From: an uncultured Fibrobacterota bacterium
GTDB taxonomy: Bacteria > Fibrobacterota > Chitinivibrionia > Chitinivibrionales > FEN-1185
DNA: 64,000 nucleotides
Assembly: GCA_963729895.1 (NCBI GenBank)
Contig: CAVSQB010000019.1
Location: 160,001 to 224,000 of the forward strand
Reading direction: 5' to 3'
The position numbers were made by a program, and so were the translations under genes. A model generated the notes under the pieces. The model was not told the origin of the DNA. It was given only the letters and a program-made list of their open reading frames with translations, and searched no databases. This document shows, piece after piece, positions 49,897 through 60,401 of this stretch (its first letter is position 1; each line of letters begins with the position of its first letter).

Positions 49897-51208
49897 CAGG
49901 GTGTTGAAAAAGTCTCCCTTTTGTAAACATTTATCCTTATATTATAGGGGAACCCCAACCAAGGAGTATTGATGAGAGGTTCCCAGCCAGCCCAAGGCGG
50001 TATGTTCAGCTTCGTTTCTCCGGATTCCCGAGTGCCGGCAACACACCCGCTTCGTCGTGTCAAACAGTTTACGGACATAGCGCTGCGCCGCCTTTCTCGT
50101 GACTTTGAGGCGATGTACAGCCGGATGGGACGCCCTTCGATACCGCCGGAATGGCTTTTGAAAGCACAGATATTGATGGCTTTGTTTTCGATACGGTCGG
50201 ACCGGTTGTTTTGCGAGATGCTGGACTATAACATTCTGTTCCGATGGTTTCTTGACATGGATCTGGATGCGGCATCGTTTGATCATAGTGTGTTTTCGAA
50301 GAACCGAGATCGACTTATGGAACAGGAGATTGCGCACCGGCTGATGCAGGAAATCGTGCGTCTTGCTCGTTCCGAAGAGTTGTTGTCCGATGAGCATTTC
50401 ACGGTTGACGGCACGTTGATTGAAGCCTGGGCATCGATGAAGAGCTTCAAGCGAAAAGACGCGGAATCGGCGAACAAGACTGACGATGATCGGAGTAATC
50501 CGTCGGTTGATTTCCACCATGAGAAGCGAAGCAATGAGACACATCAGAGTTCGACCGATCCAGAGGCGCGGTTGGCTCGGAAGAACAAGAGAACGGGAGC
50601 GCAGCTGGCGTATTCCGGTCACGTGCTGATGGAAAACCGAAATGGGTTGTGTGTTGATATCGCCATTGCGCCAGCGACGGGGACAGCGGAACGGGATATG
50701 GCGCTTGAGCTGATAAAGCATGAACGCAGGCGCGGAAAACGCCGGATGAAGACGGTGGGTGCAGACAAAGGGTATCATGCAACCGAATTTATCAAGAGCC
50801 TGCGACGCCTGCACGTGAAGCCTCACATTGCCGAGAAGGCCAACACTTCGCTTAAAGGGTTGGATGGAAGAACGACTCGGCATAAGGGATACAGCGTAAG
50901 TCAAAGGAAACGAAAACGGGTTGAAGAGATATTTGGGTGGATCAAGAGCGTCGGTGGCCTGCGGAAAACTCGGGTAAGAGGAATACGAATCAACCAGACT
51001 GTTGCCTACGTGGTTGCCGCAGCGTACAACTTGATACGCATGGTTAAGTTGATGCCGCAAACGGTGGGGGCAGCATGAGAATGGCCTGGGAATCCGGGGA
51101 AATGCCTCGGAACGAGGCAGGTAAAACCTCTCTGACATATGTAAAGTTGAAGTTAGGTTCATAAAAAATCAACAAGAGCGCTTCTGTTAGGACTATTTCA
51201 ACAACCTG
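49897..51208 (+). mobile_element. IS5-family insertion sequence, copy 3 (1312 bp)
   Basis: Same IRs as copy 2; CTAG TSD at 49893-49896 and 51209-51212. Confidence 0.96.
49969..51078 (+). CDS. IS5-family transposase
   Basis: Protein identical to copy 2. Confidence 0.94.
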   Translation: MMRGSQPAQGGMFSFVSPDSRVPATHPLRRVKQFTDIALRRLSRDFEAMYSRMGRPSIPPEWLLKAQILMALFSIRSDRLFCEMLDYNILFRWFLDMDLDAASFDHSVFSKNRDRLMEQEIAHRLMQEIVRLARSEELLSDEHFTVDGTLIEAWASMKSFKRKDAESANKTDDDRSNPSVDFHHEKRSNETHQSSTDPEARLARKNKRTGAQLAYSGHVLMENRNGLCVDIAIAPATGTAERDMALELIKHERRRGKRRMKTVGADKGYHATEFIKSLRRLHVKPHIAEKANTSLKGLDGRTTRHKGYSVSQRKRKRVEEIFGWIKSVGGLRKTRVRGIRINQTVAYVVAAAYNLIRMVKLMPQTVGAA

Positions 51209-51424
51209 CTAGGGTTCAGCCGCCCGGCACGTCCTTTTTTGCATTTGGAAACACATGCCGGTTGCCTGAACCCATACCCCCTCCGCAGGTGCACCCCTAG
51301 AAAATGCGGTTGCAAGCGTCAACATCCGTGCGGGGGCACCCAGAGAGAACAATGAAAAAGGCCTGGCGTTTTAATTGATAATCGGTAAATAAAAAATCAT
51401 GCCGGAGACTTTTGTTTTGCGTTA

Positions 51425-51560
51425 GGCAGGACTGGAGCGGGCCCGCCATAGCGGGAGTGCCGGCCGACCCTCGCCGCAGGCGACCAGGGCGGTCCGGCAC
51501 CGAGGCAATAGGCCGAGCCCGTAAGGAGGGCCGACCCGAGCGAAGCGAGGGGACCGCCCA
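51425..51560. other. GC-rich multi-hairpin intergenic element (REP/MITE-like or ncRNA)
   Basis: CCCGC-cata-GCGGG; GTGCCGG...CCGGCAC enclosing TCGCC-gca-GGCGA; GCGAAGC mini-hairpin. Confidence 0.45.
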
Positions 51561-51580
51561 TCTATTTTCTGCACTCTTTT

Positions 51581-53599
51581 CTAGTGTCTCTCCATCTCAC
51601 CCCATGTTTTCCCCGAATCAACCAATGACCCCGGCGAACAAAACGCCAATGCTTCCGCTCCGTCAATATCCTTCAGCACGGCCATTCTGCTGTGCGGCGC
51701 GTCGGGGGCCGGCTCCTCCACTGTCGCAACGGCTGCGGAAAGAGTGCCGGTCCGGCCCAGTTCGGGCAGGTCGAACGTGCATACCCATGTTTCGCCCACG
51801 GCGGCAGGTGCGTCGCATGCAAGACATAGGTGAAGCTCCCGGCGGTCCTTGCGAAACCGCGTAAGCAAACCGGTGGTCCCACTGCCGTTTTCTTTATTCC
51901 GGATCGACACCGGAATGTCCAGAAGCATGTCGCCGCCGTCACCCTGTATCCCGCGTATCGAATACACCCTGATCGGCAAGGATTTCCCTTTGACAAGCGC
52001 CGGAGGAAGCTCGACTGCGGTGCACAGGTGCGAGGCCGGATCGTAGGTCTGCTGCGCGGCAAACACCTGCAAGCGCGATGCGAGCGACTCGATGCGCTGG
52101 GCCAGATTGACGTTGTCGCCGATGATGGTGTATTCCATCGTATCTTCGCCGCCGATGTTGCCTCCTGCAAATTCACCCGTGTTGCACCCGATGCCCACGT
52201 GTATCTGCGGCTGGCCTGCGGCGGCAAGCTCGCACCCGAATTTCCACACCGCGGCCTGCATTTCGATGCTTGACCGTATCGCGTTTTCCTGCGCGTTCTC
52301 GTCTGCAAACATAACATTCCAGAACGCCATAATCATGTCGCCGCCGAACTTGTGCAGGGTGCCGCGGTTTCTGGTGATGATCTCCGTGGTGATGCGGAAA
52401 TGCCTGTTGAGCAATTCCACTACCGCAAGCGCGCTCAGGTTCTCCGCCAATGCGGTAAACCCCACGATGTCGCAGAAGAGAACGGTGCCGCGTTTGCGCT
52501 CTCCGCCGAGCGTGAGGGGAATGGTGCCGTCTATGACGCCTTCAACCACGTCGGGCGACAGATACCTCGATAATTGCGTGCGCACCTGCGTTTCCTTTTC
52601 CACCGCCGTATACAGCTCGGCGTTCTTGATGGCAATGGCCGCCTGTCCCGCGATGCTGGTGAGCATGGCAAGGTCGTCGGCGCCGAACGCGTGCAGGCTC
52701 GACATGGTGTCAACGCTGATCACGCCCAGCAGTTCGTCCTTGCACACGAACGGCGCGCACATGAGCGAGCGTATCGACAGGTTGACAATTGACTGCTGCG
52801 ATACGAAACGTCCGTCTTTTTGCGCGTCCGACGAAAGGATCGACTGTTTCTTCGAGACCACGGCATTGATTATGGTACGGCTTACCGGAAATTCCTCCTG
52901 AGGACCGCCGCCCGCGCGGGTGCGTCCGAGGGACGGGGCCAGTTCACCCGATGTCTTGTCTCGCAGCATGATGAATGCGCGATCGGCGTGCGGAAATATG
53001 TCAAAAATGCTGCTCATGATCTTCTCAAGCAGCGCCCCCGGCTTTTCAAGCGCGCCAAGGTCCTGCGACACCTTTACCATTGCCTGCAGCCGCTGCACCG
53101 CGTCAAGCAGGCCCTTCTGCGACGCTTTTTCCCCGTCACGCACCCCAAGCGCTGACAACGACGCGTCCATGGTCGCGCTTACCATCGGAGCCCTCGTCTC
53201 CGAGGTGAGGATCATGGAAAGGCCTGCGAACCTGCCACCGGCCGGCCTCTCGCCGATGGTGACCGTCCTGGCCGGGTCTTTTTTCCGTATCGCGAGCGGG
53301 TCCCTTCCTTCGGAACGGAACACCATGCGCGCCGGCCCGATTGAAATTTCGTCGCCCTCGTAGAGCGGTTGCGGCACATGCCTGTGCAACTCACGCTTGT
53401 TTACCAGCGTGCCGTTTGCCGAGCCAAGATCGAAAATCACGAAGTAATTGTCTTTTTCCCGGATCGATGCGTGCTGCCTGCTCACGTTAGAATCCGGCAC
53501 GCAAAAGGCATTGTCGGCGTTGCGGCCGATCACGGTCTCTTCACCGAGCCTGACCGTTTTTCCGCGGCTGTCGCCTTCCACGATTTCGAGATACGCCAT
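51581..53599 (-). CDS. FHA-GAF-class III adenylate/guanylate cyclase
   Basis: FHA (IGR, VSRQHA, SANGTLVN); GAF (SLMCAPF..GVISVD); cyclase (LFCDIVGFT, KFGGD, IGDNVNLAQRIE). Confidence 0.92.
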   Translation of the reverse strand: MAYLEIVEGDSRGKTVRLGEETVIGRNADNAFCVPDSNVSRQHASIREKDNYFVIFDLGSANGTLVNKRELHRHVPQPLYEGDEISIGPARMVFRSEGRDPLAIRKKDPARTVTIGERPAGGRFAGLSMILTSETRAPMVSATMDASLSALGVRDGEKASQKGLLDAVQRLQAMVKVSQDLGALEKPGALLEKIMSSIFDIFPHADRAFIMLRDKTSGELAPSLGRTRAGGGPQEEFPVSRTIINAVVSKKQSILSSDAQKDGRFVSQQSIVNLSIRSLMCAPFVCKDELLGVISVDTMSSLHAFGADDLAMLTSIAGQAAIAIKNAELYTAVEKETQVRTQLSRYLSPDVVEGVIDGTIPLTLGGERKRGTVLFCDIVGFTALAENLSALAVVELLNRHFRITTEIITRNRGTLHKFGGDMIMAFWNVMFADENAQENAIRSSIEMQAAVWKFGCELAAAGQPQIHVGIGCNTGEFAGGNIGGEDTMEYTIIGDNVNLAQRIESLASRLQVFAAQQTYDPASHLCTAVELPPALVKGKSLPIRVYSIRGIQGDGGDMLLDIPVSIRNKENGSGTTGLLTRFRKDRRELHLCLACDAPAAVGETWVCTFDLPELGRTGTLSAAVATVEEPAPDAPHSRMAVLKDIDGAEALAFCSPGSLVDSGKTWGEMERH

Positions 53600-54079
53600 A
53601 AGGGTTCTTTTGGGGGGTTGTTTGCGGAATTTCCGTGTTCACTGACGCCAAAGATAATGAACTATTATTACTCCGGCGACCACATATGCACAAAATAAGA
53701 CACCGATTTCACAGTTCAACGGCCGCCAATTTGTAGTACTGCCGGAGTAATGATTATACCATTTATGAAAGCCGGTTGTCATGATTGGAATGTAGTGTAA
53801 CCTTATTAGTGAAAAAAAGATAATCTGCCGGGTAAACCCTATCGGGTTTCCCCGGTGTGCAGATCACGTTTCCGCAACGCCTTCATTAAAGCATGCCGCT
53901 TTGCGGCGATAAGAAAAAGACACAAATACAAGTCATCAAAGCAATTTGAGACAGGCTGGGTTTCCCCGGCAAATCATGATTTGAGTGTACTACAAAATAT
54001 GTACATCAAAGACTTTCCGTCACTATATAATTTGAATGTGCAGGATAAAGAATGTACTCATCTCACTGGAAAGCGTACT

Positions 54080-54913
54080 ATGAAGAAACAGCAACTTCTT
54101 CCGAGCGTATACGCCTATAACGACTTCAGAAAGTTCCTAGCCGACTATCAGAACGCCCGCCACGTCCGCGAACCTTCGTTTTCCAAGAGTGAATTCAGCA
54201 GATCGCTTCTGCTTCCCAACACCCGCAGTTACTTTAACGATGTCATGAGAGGCAAAAAAGTCTCGGAAACGTTTGCCTCACGGATCATCTCAACAATCGG
54301 GTTCAGTAGGCACGAGGCGCAGTACTTCCGCACCCTGGTACGGTTCAACCAGGCGGACAACGACGAGGAACGGGAACTGTCTTTTGAACAGCTTATAGCC
54401 CTGAACCGGACCCCAAAACGGATTCTTGACAAGAACATCCTGGTCTATTACAGCAAATGGTATCACGGCGTTATCCGCGCCATGCTTGAGATTTGGGATT
54501 TTAACGGGGATTATACGGTATTGGCAAATAAGATCAACCCTCCGATTACTCCGAGGGAGGCTAAAGACGCCATCACCCTGCTCTCCGACCTGCGGCTCAT
54601 CAAGAAGAACTCCGCCGGCTTTTATAAACCGTCGGAAAAATCCATTTCAGCGCCCGAAAACATGCATGATGACCTTGTCCGGCTGTACCAGCTGAAATGC
54701 ATGGGGCTTGCGCAGAAAGTGTATGCGGAACATCCCAGATCTGTTTCTTATTCGTCCACCAATACAATAAGCGTTTCGGATCTCGGGCATAAACGCCTGC
54801 TTTCACTTACCAAGAGATTTCAGGACCAGGTGCGGTCGCTTGTGCACAAGGACGAAAACGCCGCGACCAGGGTCTACCAGATGGGTGTCATTTTGTTTCC
54901 ACTTTCCAAATAG
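54080..54913 (+). CDS. TIGR02147-like (DUF4423) DNA-binding protein
   Basis: Y.DFRKFL.DY, YF..LV.FNQA, YYSKWYH..IR, RVYQM...LFP; start approximate. Confidence 0.8.
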   Translation: MKKQQLLPSVYAYNDFRKFLADYQNARHVREPSFSKSEFSRSLLLPNTRSYFNDVMRGKKVSETFASRIISTIGFSRHEAQYFRTLVRFNQADNDEERELSFEQLIALNRTPKRILDKNILVYYSKWYHGVIRAMLEIWDFNGDYTVLANKINPPITPREAKDAITLLSDLRLIKKNSAGFYKPSEKSISAPENMHDDLVRLYQLKCMGLAQKVYAEHPRSVSYSSTNTISVSDLGHKRLLSLTKRFQDQVRSLVHKDENAATRVYQMGVILFPLSK

Positions 54914-54921
54914 GAGAAATC

Positions 54922-56946
54922 ATGGTTGCCCTCAGGACATTGCCCGTCTTCCTGCTCGCGTGCGTGCTGCTTTTTTCGTGCACCAACAAAAGCGTAACCG
55001 GCACCACCGACGAAACGGTCGTCACCTCGGCGCACGTCTACAATCCCGACCATTCTCCCGCTGCCAATGCAACGGTCAAGGTGTTTGCCGTGAGCGACAC
55101 CTCGCGTATTCCCGCGTACCAGACCACCACGGACAACACGGGAAAATATCATCTCGAAGTGGGCAACGGCGTATACAACGTGCTGGTGGGAAAAGACTCC
55201 CTTGGAGCGTTTCAGGATTCGGTGATCGTGCAGACATCGTATTCCACACTTTCCAATGACACGCTCGGCCGCCCGGGCGTCTTGTGCGGCGTGATCGTGA
55301 TGCAGCCGATGGATAACCCGGCCACGGCCACGGTCCAGATATTGGGCACCGACAAATATTCGAATGTTCTGGAAAACGGCTCGTTCGTTATAGGAGGCAT
55401 CCCGGCCGGCGAGTACTCGCTGCGCTCGGTTACGACGCTGCCCGAGTACACCCCAACCTTTACAAACATTACCATGGCGCCGACGATCAAGGATACTCTT
55501 CGAGACACAATCAAACTGATTTACACAGGCATTCCGGTGGTCCTGAACCTGAAAGCATCGTACGACACGCTTTCCGGGATCGTTACGCTCAGATGGGACA
55601 CCCTTTCTTATTTCAATCTGCGCGACTTCCTTATTTACCGTGACCAGGGACAAATACTGACCCCTTCGACAACTCCTATCGGAACGTCCCCGATATGCAC
55701 ATTTACGGATACAATAGGCAACAGCTTTCCCGGATCGAGCGCCTTGTTTACTTACCGCGTCGCGGTACGATCGAAGGATTTTTCCATCGGCCAGACTTAC
55801 GAGGAAGTTCAGGTGACCGCTGTTTCCCCGTTTTCGATTTATCTGAGGGATACGACTCCTGTGTACCTGGGAGTGCCTCACACACTTTCGGCCTTCGTTT
55901 TTGGCAGCGCAGGATCTGCTGTAGTCAAATACGCTTGGGACATAGGCGGTCACGGTTTCTTTTCGGCAAGCCAGGGGCCGGAAACCACGTTCGTTCTGCA
56001 CGACACCGTTATCGCAAGAAATTATATGTGCATCCTTAAGACGACTGTCGGCACTGCGAGAACCATACTGGACACGGTGAACTTGCCGGTGTATCTGCAG
56101 TGGCAGAAAGTGGCGCAGGGGTTTGATTCGGTGAATTCGTTAAGTTATCATGCGGTGTCGCTGCCGGGCAAGATTGTTGCATTTATTGACAAGAGCGACA
56201 TGCCGAACGTATACAAAACCGCCACATGGCAAAGTACAGACGGCCAGACCTGGACAAGGATCACGGATTCCCTGGAGATCCCGTTTTCACCATATTCAGG
56301 CAAACCGGTTAACTTCTTGAACCGTATTTGCCTTGTGGATGAAAACGGTTATCTTTGGACGTCAATCGACGGAGTCGGTTGGAGCAAGGACTCCGTTGCG
56401 CCGCTTTGCAGTACTCTTGAGACGGGTGCCGGCTTTACACCAGCCGTTGGGAACCTATGCACACCTGCGCTGTTTGTCGATGGAACAACCATCGTACTTC
56501 AGCCATTTCCAGGCACCGGGTCAACCAATATTCTTACGTCCACAGACCTTATCAATTGGGATAGTACAAGCGGCTTCCAAATGAGAAGTCTGGTTTCCGA
56601 TTACGCGAATTACAATGGGACTCTTGCGGTGGTAGGATTCGATTGGAACCAACTCTCGTCGTGGGCTGGCATAAAGACCTCTGGGAGAATCAGCTACTTA
56701 GCATGTCCTGACCCAAGTTCGAGCAGCAGTCCCTTCGAATACAACATTATCGCCTACAAAAACACCTTCATTTACTCAAATAGTGCTTACGGCAACCTGT
56801 GGGCCCTTGCAAACGAGTCGACGCCAAGTTGGTTCCAATGTTCAGATCCTCTCACGGGAGCACAAAATTCCGATTATTCTCTTGTCGTTTTCAACAAAGA
56901 ACTCTATTTGATCTCCGCTTCAGGTATTTACGAAGCAGCGAATTGA
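54922..56946 (+). CDS. Lipoprotein with carboxypeptidase-regulatory-like repeats and a beta-rich C-terminal region
   Basis: Lipobox LFSC; TTTDNTGKY and GSFVIGGIPAGEY repeats; S.DG..W Asp-box-like repeats. Confidence 0.7.
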   Translation: MVALRTLPVFLLACVLLFSCTNKSVTGTTDETVVTSAHVYNPDHSPAANATVKVFAVSDTSRIPAYQTTTDNTGKYHLEVGNGVYNVLVGKDSLGAFQDSVIVQTSYSTLSNDTLGRPGVLCGVIVMQPMDNPATATVQILGTDKYSNVLENGSFVIGGIPAGEYSLRSVTTLPEYTPTFTNITMAPTIKDTLRDTIKLIYTGIPVVLNLKASYDTLSGIVTLRWDTLSYFNLRDFLIYRDQGQILTPSTTPIGTSPICTFTDTIGNSFPGSSALFTYRVAVRSKDFSIGQTYEEVQVTAVSPFSIYLRDTTPVYLGVPHTLSAFVFGSAGSAVVKYAWDIGGHGFFSASQGPETTFVLHDTVIARNYMCILKTTVGTARTILDTVNLPVYLQWQKVAQGFDSVNSLSYHAVSLPGKIVAFIDKSDMPNVYKTATWQSTDGQTWTRITDSLEIPFSPYSGKPVNFLNRICLVDENGYLWTSIDGVGWSKDSVAPLCSTLETGAGFTPAVGNLCTPALFVDGTTIVLQPFPGTGSTNILTSTDLINWDSTSGFQMRSLVSDYANYNGTLAVVGFDWNQLSSWAGIKTSGRISYLACPDPSSSSSPFEYNIIAYKNTFIYSNSAYGNLWALANESTPSWFQCSDPLTGAQNSDYSLVVFNKELYLISASGIYEAAN

Positions 56947-57249
56947 CTGCAGGGCAACTTACAGGATTTAATGGCAGCAATAACTGATCCAAATAACTCG
57001 CATTGACAAAGGCCGTTCTTGCCTTGCTCCTTGTCGAAGCAGGAACGGCATTCGCCTCGCGACAACCTCCACGGCAAACGACCGGCGTCATTCTTCCGGC
57101 TGGAGAATAGCAACCAACCTGTTCAAACACGAAACCAAGCCTGGGCGTTTCCAAGACTTGGGCAAAAACACCTGCGTCGTCCAATAGTCTGTGCTTCCTC
57201 GCCAACCTTTAGGAAGACCCCCGCTTCCCTCCTTGCTCATAATTTCTTC

Positions 57250-57295
57250 TTGACCCTCCAATTCCTATTCGTTATATTTTAACCATCCGGTTAAA
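57250..57295 (+). promoter_or_regulatory. sigma70 promoter with overlapping palindromic (TetR-type) operator
   Basis: TTGACC-N17-TATATT; TTTAACC-atcc-GGTTAAA at 57278-57295. Confidence 0.65.
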
Positions 57296-57299
57296 CCAT

Positions 57300-57977
57300 A
57301 TGACTAAAAAGCAAACCAACAAATCACTCCTTCACCCCGACCTCACCACCGAGCAGAAGATCCTCGCCGCGGCCCGCGAAGAATTTTCCGAACGCGGCAT
57401 CGACGGGACGCGCATGCAGGCCATCGCGAACAGGGCGGGCGTCAACAAGGCGCTGCTTCATTACTATTTCCGGTCCAAAGATAAGCTGTTCGAAGTCATT
57501 ATCCGCGACCTGGTTTCCGGCATTTGGCGCGCTATCCGCGCCGATCTGGACCGTCAGCCGCAGGCGCTTGATCTGCGTTCCGCGGTCCGTTCGCTCGTTT
57601 CGGCCTACATCACCGCGTTGTCGCAGCAACCCGAGATACCTCGAATTCTCATCCGGCAATTGCTCAACCGGGACAAGAACGTCCGTGTCATTGCGCGCAC
57701 GATCATAAAGGAAGTCGGCGACGCGCCTCTGCGCATCGTTGCGGCCTTTCAGCGGGAAGTGAAGGCCGGGGACATTAAGAAAGCGGACCCGGTCCAGCTC
57801 ATGCTGAATATTGTCGGCATGGTTATTGTCACCTTCTTGAGCCAGCCCATTGCCGAAATCGTTCGAAAGGAAACCGGATTGAGCATTCCTTACGACGAAA
57901 GATTTTACAAAGCAAGAGTGGATTCGATCGCCGACATGGTATTCGACGGCATTTCGATCAAGGAGCGCACATCATGA
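57300..57977 (+). CDS. TetR/AcrR family regulator
   Basis: ILAAAREEFSERG..T..IANRAGVNKALLHYYFRSKDKL. Confidence 0.95.
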   Translation: MTKKQTNKSLLHPDLTTEQKILAAAREEFSERGIDGTRMQAIANRAGVNKALLHYYFRSKDKLFEVIIRDLVSGIWRAIRADLDRQPQALDLRSAVRSLVSAYITALSQQPEIPRILIRQLLNRDKNVRVIARTIIKEVGDAPLRIVAAFQREVKAGDIKKADPVQLMLNIVGMVIVTFLSQPIAEIVRKETGLSIPYDERFYKARVDSIADMVFDGISIKERTS

Positions 57978-59308
57978 AACGCACCGGTATCCCCCAATTC
58001 TGTCTGTTGCTCGCGGCACTGGTTCCCATCCATTCATTCGGCCTGAGCCTGCGACAGGCTCAGGAATCCCTGCTTGCCAATAACCTCGATATCGTTATGG
58101 CCTATCAGGACTACTGCAAGAAGGCGTACGAGGAGGCGGAAGCGAAAGCGATGTGGTATCCGTCGCTGGACGTAGTTGGGTCATACAACTATTTCACGGA
58201 AAAGAATTCATTACTATTTCCAAGCGATGTCCCAGGATTTCCCCCGGCTCTTGCCGGGCAAACATTACCGTTGGGCAACAACTACCGCGCAGAAGGCGGC
58301 CTCGACCTGAGTTATCCGCTCACGACCGCTTTTGTCAATATGTACAACGTGCGATACCGCCACCTTGCGCTTCAAATGAAGGACGCCCAGAACGCGGGCC
58401 TCAAGAACCAGCTTTCTTTCCGGCTCGGCGCCCTGTACTTTGCCTGGGAGCTTTCCTACAGCCAGGTGGAAGTGTACCAAACGCTCGTGCAGCAGCTTGA
58501 GGACCAGGCAACCCAGGCGCGCAATCTCACTGCAGGCGGGCTTGCTTCGTCGTCCAAAATCCTTGATGCGCTTGCTCGCCTTGCAAGCGCACGGGCCGAC
58601 CTTACAACCGCGCAAAACCAGTCCGATTCGCTGAGGCTGGAGCTTATCAATTTTACCCAATGCAAAGATTCCGGCCTTACGCCTGAGACTTATTCGTTCG
58701 GCCTTGATTCGGCCGCCCTTTCCTCGCTCGACACCGTGGAACTCAACACGGGACGGCCCGAACTCGCCGCAACGGATTATTACATTTCGCAGCAGTCCGC
58801 CCTCAAGGACATAATCGGCGGGCAGAAATATCCCAATCTTGTGGCCTCGGTGGGATACCGTTACGCCAATCCCGGGCTTAAAATGGGCGGCAGCGATTTC
58901 ATGGGATACGGGCAAGCCGGCCTGCAGCTCAAATGGAGCACAACGACGCTGTTTGATTGGTCCGCGCCGTCCAGCCAGCAGAAGCAAACGTCATATCAGA
59001 TGGAAATCGCCAGATTTCAGAAGCAGCAAATGATCGAAGCGTGGAACAACGCAATCAAGAACGCGAAGCTCCAGGTGACGAGGGCCATGCGCCAGCACGA
59101 GGCCGCGCAGGCTTCGCTTGATGCCGCCGAGGCCGTGGTGACCGACGCGAAAAACGGCCTTGCAGCGGGCACGATAACCCAGGCCGATTATCTCAATGCG
59201 CTCACCTCACGGGCCAAGGCCGACCTTCTTGTGAGGCAGGCCGTGTTCACGACAAATATGGCGGTATTGCATCTCTATTTTGCATCGGGAAAGGAACTTA
59301 AATTCTAG
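57974..59308 (+). CDS. TolC-family outer membrane protein
   Basis: Signal peptide, two OEP repeats (YPSLD, RPEL..YPNL), efflux operon context. Confidence 0.85.
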   Translation: MKRTGIPQFCLLLAALVPIHSFGLSLRQAQESLLANNLDIVMAYQDYCKKAYEEAEAKAMWYPSLDVVGSYNYFTEKNSLLFPSDVPGFPPALAGQTLPLGNNYRAEGGLDLSYPLTTAFVNMYNVRYRHLALQMKDAQNAGLKNQLSFRLGALYFAWELSYSQVEVYQTLVQQLEDQATQARNLTAGGLASSSKILDALARLASARADLTTAQNQSDSLRLELINFTQCKDSGLTPETYSFGLDSAALSSLDTVELNTGRPELAATDYYISQQSALKDIIGGQKYPNLVASVGYRYANPGLKMGGSDFMGYGQAGLQLKWSTTTLFDWSAPSSQQKQTSYQMEIARFQKQQMIEAWNNAIKNAKLQVTRAMRQHEAAQASLDAAEAVVTDAKNGLAAGTITQADYLNALTSRAKADLLVRQAVFTTNMAVLHLYFASGKELKF

Positions 59309-59402
59309 GAAGAGTTGGGCATTCACAATTGACAGTTGAAGACAATGGCCGTCGATTGATGGCCACCGTGATAATCGGCACTATTGCAGAAAAGGGGTTC
59401 AT

Positions 59403-60311
59403 ATGATCGTCAATCGAATTGTGGGCGTCATTCTGTCCGGCCTGCCGGCGCTTTTCTTCGCCTGCAGTCCCACCAACAGCAAGGACTTTGTCGGCTCGGC
59501 CGTGGTAGAGACCCAGACGTATCAGATCGCCACAACAGCGCAGGGAACCATCGTCGCGCTTTTCAAAGACGAAGGCCAGCAGGTTGCGAAAAGCGAACTC
59601 GTTGCGGTCATCGACACCATTCCTCTCGTGCTCAGGCTGAACGAGCTTTCCGCCGCGCTCGGCGAGCTTACCAGGAACATTGCGGCCAAGAGGGACGAAG
59701 TTTCGTCCCAGGAATCGGACGTGCACGGTGTGGAGCGCGAGTACAAGAGGATTGCAAAGCTCGTGCAGGAAGGATCCGCTCCGTCCCAGCAAAAAGACAA
59801 TCTCCAGACCCAGGCCGAATCGTCTACGCTTCTGGTACAGGCGAACAAATCAACGTTGTCGAGTCTTCAGGCGAAAATCACTACGATTAACGCGCAGCGG
59901 GCCGAGCTGCTCGACCAGGTCTCGCGCTGCTACGTTCACTCCCCGGCCGCAGGTGTGGTCCTGACGAAGTACAAGAACCTCGGCGAGGTTGCATTGCCCG
60001 GTAATCCCGTGTTCGAACTTGGCAAATACGACACCATGCAGATCGATTTCTACGTGACCCAGCCCATGCTGCCGGCCTTCACGTTGGGCCAAACCGTTCG
60101 CGTACGGCTCGACAACGAAATGGCAGGACGCAAAAACAAGCAGGTCTTTCTGCCTGCGCAGGTCACCTGGATCAGCAGCGACGCGGAATTCTCCCCGAAG
60201 AACATCCAGACGCGGGAGAGCAGGAACGAGTTGGTGTTTAAAATAAGGGCGATGGCGGCGAACCACGAAGGGCTGTTGAAGAGGGGTTTACCAGTAGAGG
60301 TTTGGAGATAA
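59403..60311 (+). CDS. HlyD-family periplasmic adaptor (YbhG-like)
   Basis: SPAAGVV, AEFSPKNIQTRESR, LKRGLPVEV. Confidence 0.9.
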   Translation: MIVNRIVGVILSGLPALFFACSPTNSKDFVGSAVVETQTYQIATTAQGTIVALFKDEGQQVAKSELVAVIDTIPLVLRLNELSAALGELTRNIAAKRDEVSSQESDVHGVEREYKRIAKLVQEGSAPSQQKDNLQTQAESSTLLVQANKSTLSSLQAKITTINAQRAELLDQVSRCYVHSPAAGVVLTKYKNLGEVALPGNPVFELGKYDTMQIDFYVTQPMLPAFTLGQTVRVRLDNEMAGRKNKQVFLPAQVTWISSDAEFSPKNIQTRESRNELVFKIRAMAANHEGLLKRGLPVEVWR

Positions 60312-60401
60312 TTGATAAAAGGTGTTTCGGTTCTAACCGGGTGGTACCAGGCCGCACACGCTCGGCATTCCACATAAATCTCATTGTTCCCAGTCAATGC
60401 T

